From: Planctomycetota bacterium
GTDB taxonomy: Bacteria; Planctomycetota; UBA8108; SXIK01
Direction of reading: 5' to 3'
Assembly (NCBI GenBank): GCA_965223265.1
Contig: OZ244999.1
Span: 3,392,001-3,456,000, forward strand
Length of the DNA: 64,000 bases
In this document: piece by piece, positions 60,036 to 64,000 of the stretch
How the letters are laid out: the number at the start of each line of letters is the position of its first letter
Numbering within the stretch: the stretch's first letter is position 1
The notes under the pieces: generated by a model
Told to the model about the DNA's origin: nothing
Databases searched by the model: none
Seen by the model: the letters and a program-made list of their open reading frames with translations, nothing else
Translations under genes and position numbers: made by a program

Positions 60036-60288
60036 CTCGAGTTTGGCCATTTCGCGTCGAGCCTGCGAACGCCAGGAGCGTCGAGGCCAAGGAGCGACGA
60101 CAACGCGATCCCGCTCGGGTCGTGGCGGAGGAGCGACGCAGGCATCGGCGCTCCTGGCGTTCCCCGAAGGGCCGGACAGGAGTTTTTGAACATGCACAAG
60201 GGTTCTCAGGGTACTAAAAAGTCGAAAGGGCCTTTGAATTCCCGCGAAACTCGTCCGGCCAGGCCGGCGCGAAATGGCCAAACTCGAG
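60036..60288. mobile_element. MITE family A, intact 253-bp copy
   Basis: Perfect 21-bp TIRs CTCGAGTTTGGCCATTTCGCG (60036-60056 and 60268-60288), with a GTCAA direct repeat on both flanks. Confidence 0.9.
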
Positions 60289-60403
60289 GTCAAGTCAAAA
60301 GCGGTGCCTCGACGGCGACGACCAGGGGGCGCTACACCCACCATGGGAACTGAGGTGCACGTCCATGATGCTGTTCCCCATCATGGGTAACCCACAAACG
60401 CGT

Positions 60404-61723
60404 TCACGACAAAACTGGATTCAGGGCGCTGCGACCCATGCCGGCGTAGGCAAACCCTAGGCTCTTGATCTGTTCTGGGGTGTAAATGTTACGGCAATCG
60501 ATCATGTTCGGGTCGCGCATGAGGTCTTTAACACGGTTGAGATCGAGATTGCGAAACACATCCCATTCCGTCATGACGACGACAGCGTCGGCGTCTCGCA
60601 CCGCATCATACGGGGTTTGGGCGTATGAGATCGAGTCGCCGAACACCCCTTGAGTGTTCTCCACAGCCTCGGGATCGTATGCCGTGACCGAGGCCCCTTC
60701 TTCCAGCAACTGCTCGATGAGCGTGAGAGAGGCGGACTCGCGGATGTCGTCCGTCCTCGGCTTGAACGCCAGTCCCCAAACCGCAATCTGTTTGCCGTTC
60801 AACTCAGGTAGGAATCGTTGAATGCGCGCCAGATGAGATTTCTTGTGATGCTCGTTGACCTGATCGATGGCGCGGAACAGCGTTGCGCTGACCTGGTGAC
60901 TCTCCAGCGTGTCGATGAGGGATCGAACGTCCTTTGGGAAACAGGAACCTCCGTAACCCGGCGACGCCTGCAAGAATCGTGACCCTATGCGCGTGTCGAG
61001 TCCGATCCCGGTCGCGATATCCTTAATATCTGCACCGATTTTTTCGCAGAGCCCGGTGAGCGCGTTCATGAACGAGATGCGGCAGGCGAGCATAGCATTC
61101 GCCGCGTACTTGATGAGCTCGGCAGTCTCGCAATTCATGAAAAGAATAGGGCGATTCACGCGGGAGTGTGAGGAATAGAGCCGCCGCATGACCTCCTTCG
61201 CGCGCTCACTTTCCGCGCCAATGACGATGCGGTCCGGGTTTTGAAAGTCCTTTATGGCAGCGCCTTCTTTCAAGAACTCCGGATTCGAGATCACCTCGAA
61301 CTCAACGTCTGTTAATTTGCTCAGCTCACGTGTTAAACGCCGAGCCGTACCAACGGGCACGGTGCTTTTGTCCACGATTAATGTGAAATCGTCGATGTGC
61401 TGCACGACTGACTCGGCCGCCTGAAAGACATAGGACATTTCCGCCTTGCCGGAGCTTCGCTGCGGCGTACCGACGCAGATAAAGACGACCTGCCGGCCTG
61501 GAATCGCGTCTGCGAGTTGCGTTGTGAACGTCAGTCGTCCCTCGGAGACGTTGCGTTGGATCAGCTCCGCGAGACCAGGTTCGTAGATCGGCACCTTGCC
61601 GTCGTTCAGCTGGGCAATCTTCTCGGCGTCGATGTCCAAGCAGGTGACGTCGTTGCCGAGATCGGCAAAGCACGCTCCCGTCACGAGTCCTACGTATCCT
61701 GTACCAACGATCGCGACCCTCAT
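60404..61723 (-). CDS. ugd: UDP-glucose 6-dehydrogenase
   Basis: 'VGTGYVGL', 'KSTVPVGT', 'NPEFLKEG', 'GYGGSCFPKD' and 'FKPRTDDIRES'. Confidence 0.96.
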   Translation of the reverse strand: MRVAIVGTGYVGLVTGACFADLGNDVTCLDIDAEKIAQLNDGKVPIYEPGLAELIQRNVSEGRLTFTTQLADAIPGRQVVFICVGTPQRSSGKAEMSYVFQAAESVVQHIDDFTLIVDKSTVPVGTARRLTRELSKLTDVEFEVISNPEFLKEGAAIKDFQNPDRIVIGAESERAKEVMRRLYSSHSRVNRPILFMNCETAELIKYAANAMLACRISFMNALTGLCEKIGADIKDIATGIGLDTRIGSRFLQASPGYGGSCFPKDVRSLIDTLESHQVSATLFRAIDQVNEHHKKSHLARIQRFLPELNGKQIAVWGLAFKPRTDDIRESASLTLIEQLLEEGASVTAYDPEAVENTQGVFGDSISYAQTPYDAVRDADAVVVMTEWDVFRNLDLNRVKDLMRDPNMIDCRNIYTPEQIKSLGFAYAGMGRSALNPVLS

Positions 61724-62012
61724 TGGTGAGCTCCTCTGATGTCGAAAGTTGTCACGCCGCTCGCGAGACTTTCGCGACGACGGGGTCTACAAATGTGCTT
61801 TTTTAACCAATGCTGCAAAAACAACGCTCCGCCATTGTTCCCATTGACGCCTCTTCCGCCAACGAAATATGGACTGAAGGCACGCATGTGCGGGGCTGCC
61901 CCGTGCGGGAGCGGGCTCCTTTGCTCGAATGTCGACGTCGCGGCCAGCCATGCCACCCGCGCGTCAGCGTGGGGGTCGTCCGTTCGCCCATGCACTGCGG
62001 CTCCATCACACG

Positions 62013-64000
62013 CTATCTGGGACGAGGAGTCGTTGACTCGCTTCCAAGGTTGAACACTGGGCGAAAACCGGTAACGGGTAGTCTGCTTTGTGGCGCGAGA
62101 CCGTGTCGGTACGCGGAGCGACAATGGACCGCGTGATGCATCCAACTGCCACCGCGCACAGAGCGCAGCTTACTGCCGGATTGAGCCACGGGGTCCAGCG
62201 CGGACGCGTCCTCGCGTGCGTAGAAGTCCGGGTCGAAGACGTCGGCGCACCACTCCATGACGTTGCCGTGCATGTTGTGGAGGCCGAATCCGTTGGCGCG
62301 GAAAGCGTCGACTGGTACCGTTTTGCCACGACGACGTCCCTCGGCTGCGCCGGGCGTGGGATGGCGCCCGTCGAAATTGAACGCATCGTCGCCGGGGTTA
62401 ACGCCGATGCCAAACGCACCGGCCGCCCCGCCGCGCGCAGCATACTCCCACTGCGCTTCACTCGGGAGTTCAAGGCCAGCGAGCTGGCAGAATTTGACAC
62501 AATCGTCCCAGGAAACCCGCTCGACCGGCAGAGAGCCACCGCGAAACTGCGACGCGCTGTTTTTGTCCATCACGTAGCGCCAGTCAGACTGCGAGACCTC
62601 GTATTTGGCGATCAGAAACGAGCTCAACGTGACCTCGTGGACGGGTCGTTCCTCGGGGGCGCCAGTGTCGGCGGGCGGTGTACCCATGCGGAATGTTGTT
62701 CCCGGCAGGTGCACCATACGAAGTCCGCTGTCGATATGGCGGTACTCCGGCAGGCCTTTGTCGTTGATCATCAGAAAGGTGAGACCAGGGATTCGCAAAC
62801 GAGCATCGCGTGTTGGTGGCGCTGGAGTGGCAGCGCCACCTGGGTTGACGGAGGGCTGGGTGGGAGATTTGCGGAGAACCGTCACCGCGGAGTCGACCGC
62901 CGGGTTCGAGACCGAATCCGAGCGCGCGGTAGATTCGACGTCCGAGCTGAGAGGCGCTTCGGGATCGCCGCTTGTGAGCTCTGTGATCGTCCCAGCCGCG
63001 GTGGGCGGTACCCGCAGCGCAGCGCCTGTGTCATCAGAGCTTTCATCGGGTCGAGGCAACCTGAGCTCTCCCGGCGCGGTGTCTGCCCGAGACACCGAAG
63101 GCGCGTGCGCGTCGGGACGCGAAGGCACCACCGATTCCGACGCCACAACTAGTTCTGTCGCGGCGCTTTCCTCGACGTCGGGTTCCCCCTTGGGTTCTGT
63201 CTCGCCGCTCTCAGTTTCTGGATTCGACGCTGTCGCCGACTTCACCTCCCGATCCACCCCAGCATCCGTGCCCGTCGCTTCTGCCTCTGTCTCTGTCTCC
63301 GTCTCTGTCTCCGTCTCTGTCTCCGTCTCTGTCTCCGTCTCTGTCTCCGTCTCTGTCTCTGCTTCTGTCTCCGTCTCTGCTTCTGTCTCTGCCCCCGCCC
63401 CTGCCTCAGTCTCTGAATCTTCTCCTCCTCCCGCTGCTTCTCCTCCTCCCGCTGCTTCTTCTTCCACCGCCGCACCTACCGCCGCACCTGCCTCGTCCGC
63501 TCTCGTCTCTCCTCCCACCTCTCCGCCCGATGTCGCCGCCACGAGAGCCTGCGACGCCAACGATGCATCCCTCTCGGCGCCGTCGTCTGCGACGAATCCG
63601 GAAATCACGTCGTTCACCGATTCCGGCGCCACGGTCGCTGCCGCTACCGCGTTCGTGGCGTCACGATCGGCATGTGGCGCTCGGCTGACGTCTCCAGACG
63701 CGGCGTTGTCAGCGGCCCCGCCGACGACCAAGAATCCGACTGCGATGATCGCGATGCAGACGATCCCCGCGACAGCACCCGCCAGCCATCTGCGGCGGCG
63801 CGCCGGCACAGGGGGGCTGAGGTTTGGTAGTGTCGCGGCTTCGCTCAAACCGGTCTGGGACACGCGATCGAGTCGTGAGCGTGCCAGTGCGGCTCGCGTG
63901 GCTTCGCCAATGCGAGAAATCACCGCCGCCGGTGGGGGGGAGACAACGCTACAGTGGTTCGCATGATCCGCCTCGGCCGGGACCGACGGAATGGAGTTGA
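62013..64000 (-). CDS. Membrane-anchored protein with a long acidic linker and a C-terminal FGE-sulfatase (SUMF1) domain; probably starts beyond the window edge
   Basis: 'LPSEAQWEYAARGG', 'FGLHNMHGNVMEWC', 'RGGSW' and 'GFRP'. The frame stays open from 63923 to the window end. Confidence 0.87.
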   Translation of the reverse strand, partial: NSIPSVPAEADHANHCSVVSPPPAAVISRIGEATRAALARSRLDRVSQTGLSEAATLPNLSPPVPARRRRWLAGAVAGIVCIAIIAVGFLVVGGAADNAASGDVSRAPHADRDATNAVAAATVAPESVNDVISGFVADDGAERDASLASQALVAATSGGEVGGETRADEAGAAVGAAVEEEAAGGGEAAGGGEDSETEAGAGAETEAETETEAETETETETETETETETETETETETEAEATGTDAGVDREVKSATASNPETESGETEPKGEPDVEESAATELVVASESVVPSRPDAHAPSVSRADTAPGELRLPRPDESSDDTGAALRVPPTAAGTITELTSGDPEAPLSSDVESTARSDSVSNPAVDSAVTVLRKSPTQPSVNPGGAATPAPPTRDARLRIPGLTFLMINDKGLPEYRHIDSGLRMVHLPGTTFRMGTPPADTGAPEERPVHEVTLSSFLIAKYEVSQSDWRYVMDKNSASQFRGGSLPVERVSWDDCVKFCQLAGLELPSEAQWEYAARGGAAGAFGIGVNPGDDAFNFDGRHPTPGAAEGRRRGKTVPVDAFRANGFGLHNMHGNVMEWCADVFDPDFYAREDASALDPVAQSGSKLRSVRGGSWMHHAVHCRSAYRHGLAPQSRLPVTGFRPVFNLGSESTTPRPR
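63285..63390. repeat. 6/12-bp tandem repeat encoding (Glu-Thr)n
   Basis: (GTCTCTGTCTCC)n on the + strand, read as ETETET... in the minus-strand CDS. An adjacent 18-bp duplication encodes AAGGGE twice. Confidence 0.92.

Noticed and set aside
61813-61830. Possible sigma-54 promoter upstream of ugd
   Set aside because: TTGCA is present, but the -24 position reads AG rather than the invariant GG.
62013-62900. FGE-sulfatase domain as a DGR target or as the sulfatase-maturing enzyme
   Set aside because: No template repeat is present and the only RT is intron-encoded. The catalytic Cys pair of true FGE is not evident, and the architecture fits a membrane-anchored binding domain.
63285-63460. Tandem repeat as a CRISPR array
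   Set aside because: Units are 6-12 bp with no spacers and lie inside a CDS. No repeat-spacer array was seen anywhere in the window.
62605-63966. 453-aa + strand ORF with (SV)n
   Set aside because: Antisense shadow of the FGE-domain gene and its repeat.
1-64000. tRNA, rRNA, transposase or prophage genes
   Set aside because: None recognised by eye; a covariance-model scan would be needed to exclude small RNAs.

Overview
GC-rich bacterial DNA with a Planctomycetota-like gene set (DUF1501, DUF1549/DUF1553, sulfatases, an ECF sigma/Ser-Thr kinase pair, dockerin-like C-termini). The left ~15.6 kb is an exosortase-linked surface-polysaccharide locus containing a stand-alone formyltransferase/adenylation/luciferase-like monooxygenase/PCP NRPS and its PPTase. 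The rest is mostly carbohydrate and sulfate catabolism, secreted proteins and signalling. The strongest signal is nested non-coding mobile DNA. A complete group II intron (31872-33859, minus strand, non-canonical 5' GUACG) is inserted inside the terminal inverted repeat of a ~250 bp MITE, and its candidate EBS1 loop is complementary to that repeat. Empty copies of the target occur elsewhere in the window. The two full MITE copies carry different ~100 nt hairpin cargoes, one a GTAG-type REP doublet, and two of the three family members abut a second ~160 bp MITE family with six copies. Also noted: a candidate structured sRNA with its own promoter and terminator at ~35.5-35.7 kb, two sigma-54 promoters, a histidine kinase lacking its H-box His, and orphan eboD-like and iorA-like genes. 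All calls come from reading motifs by eye; no searches were run.
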